Below, piece by piece: positions 32,976 through 34,069 of a stretch of DNA of 34,069 nt. The position numbers and the translations under genes were made by a program. This stretch comes from Chiloscyllium plagiosum. Lineage: Eukaryota. Location: contig NC_057755.1 of NCBI RefSeq assembly GCF_004010195.1, forward strand, positions 4,928,316-4,962,384, given 5' to 3'. A model generated the notes under the pieces. That model was given only the letters and a program-made list of their open reading frames with translations, did no database searches and was not told the DNA's origin. Position 1 is the first letter of the stretch. Each line of letters opens with the position of its first letter.

Positions 32976-33699
32976 GTAAGTCACAATAACTAGTTAATAT
33001 TTGCGAATCGATTTGGGAACTGGTTGCTGCTTTTGCTAAAACAGAAATTGCTGGAAGATTTGGCAGCATCTGTGACAGAGTTCAAACTTAATGTTTCCCC
33101 TGTGTGACGATAGTGCTCTTTTAAGTTATGTTATCTTTGTTTTTCATTCAGAGATATTGTAAAGGACACAGACTCCGTAAAATCTAAGATGAAAGGTTGT
33201 AGTGCCAATTTGATTATAGCTAATAGATACTGCCTCAGAAGAAAAGCATTCAAATTAAAATAAAAAACACTTCTATAAAAATGGGCCAGGGCCAGTTCTC
33301 CCAGTTCAGCTCTGCTCTGGTTTGGTTCGGCTTCAGCACAATTGATTTGAGAAAGGCTGCCGGACCCTAACAAAGCAGGTCCAAGCTGATCCTCCTCACT
33401 CACTCTGACATCTCTCCTGTCAGACCACGGTTTGATTTTGCCTTTTGTGCCAAGAGCTATTTATGGGAATTGTACCAAATATTTGGAAGAGCATCATTAA
33501 TTTGGTTAGTCTGTTGCAATTTCGAAAAGGGTAAGTTATTCTATTTTCTGTTCTCTTTTCTTTGTGCTTCATTTCCAAATCTTGCAAATGAATTCTGTTT
33601 TGTTTAAAACTAAGTGTGTTGAGCAGCTACATCTCTCCTGGAATATACATGTTATACTTGCTTAAAACAATTGGGAAAGTTAGGGGCTAGGCTCCTTCC

Positions 33700-34069
33700 T
33701 ACAAATGACTGCAGATGCTGGAAACCAGATTCTGGATCAGTGGTGCTGGAAGAGCACAGCAATTCAGGCAGCATCCGAGGAGCTTCGAAATCGACGGACA
33801 AGCCACCGCAGGAACTGTAAAACCTGTGCCCACACCTCCTCCCTCATCTCCATCCAAGGCCCTAAAGGAGCCTTCCACATCCATCAAAGTTTTACCTGCA
33901 CATCCACTAATATCATTTATTGTATCCGTTGCTCCCGATGCGGTCTCCTCTACATTGGGGAGACTGGGCGCCTCCTAGCAGAGCGCTCTAGGGAACATCT
34001 CCGAGACACCCGCACCAATCAACCAAACCGCCCCGTGCCCCAACATTTCAACTCCCCCTCCCACTCTAC
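33700..34069 (+). mobile_element. Penelope-like retroelement: inverted pLTR piece followed by GIY-YIG endonuclease coding sequence (runs off the window)
   Basis: Open frame from 33804: RNCKTCAH..FTCTSTNIIYCIRCSRCGLLYIGETGRLLAERSREH..VPQHFN. 33700-33796 matches the left arm of the 4472 hairpin family. Confidence 0.9.

Noticed and set aside
33129..33699. Possible solo LTR
   Set aside because: Begins with TGTT and looks LTR-like, but there is no second copy, terminal CA, PBS/PPT or TSD visible here.

Overview
Repeat-rich vertebrate genomic DNA, most likely from a cartilaginous fish (inferred from the CR1/Penelope/Tx1 repeat content and the receptor family), with a 500-N scaffold gap at 15964-16463. 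The window is part of a cluster of divergent GPR139/GPR142-like class A GPCR genes. It holds one intact two-exon gene on the minus strand (exon 1 3440-3374, exon 2 1844-943, 322 aa). It also holds a full-length pseudogene exon 2 (17094-17979, +) and a further 67-nt exon 1 with a TATA box (32909-32975, +) whose exon 2 would lie beyond the window. Short GPCR coding fragments are pasted into unrelated DNA. The rest is nested retroelements (Penelope > CR1 > CR1), Tx1/L1-like and Gypsy remnants, Penelope-type pseudo-LTR hairpins with degenerate hammerhead cores, and TG/CA-rich tracts. There are two tandem duplications (about 1.5 kb and about 3.1/3.8 kb), a templated insertion, and probable relics of a LINGO-like LRR-Ig gene and an Ig C1 exon. 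All family assignments come from motif recognition by eye, not database searches.
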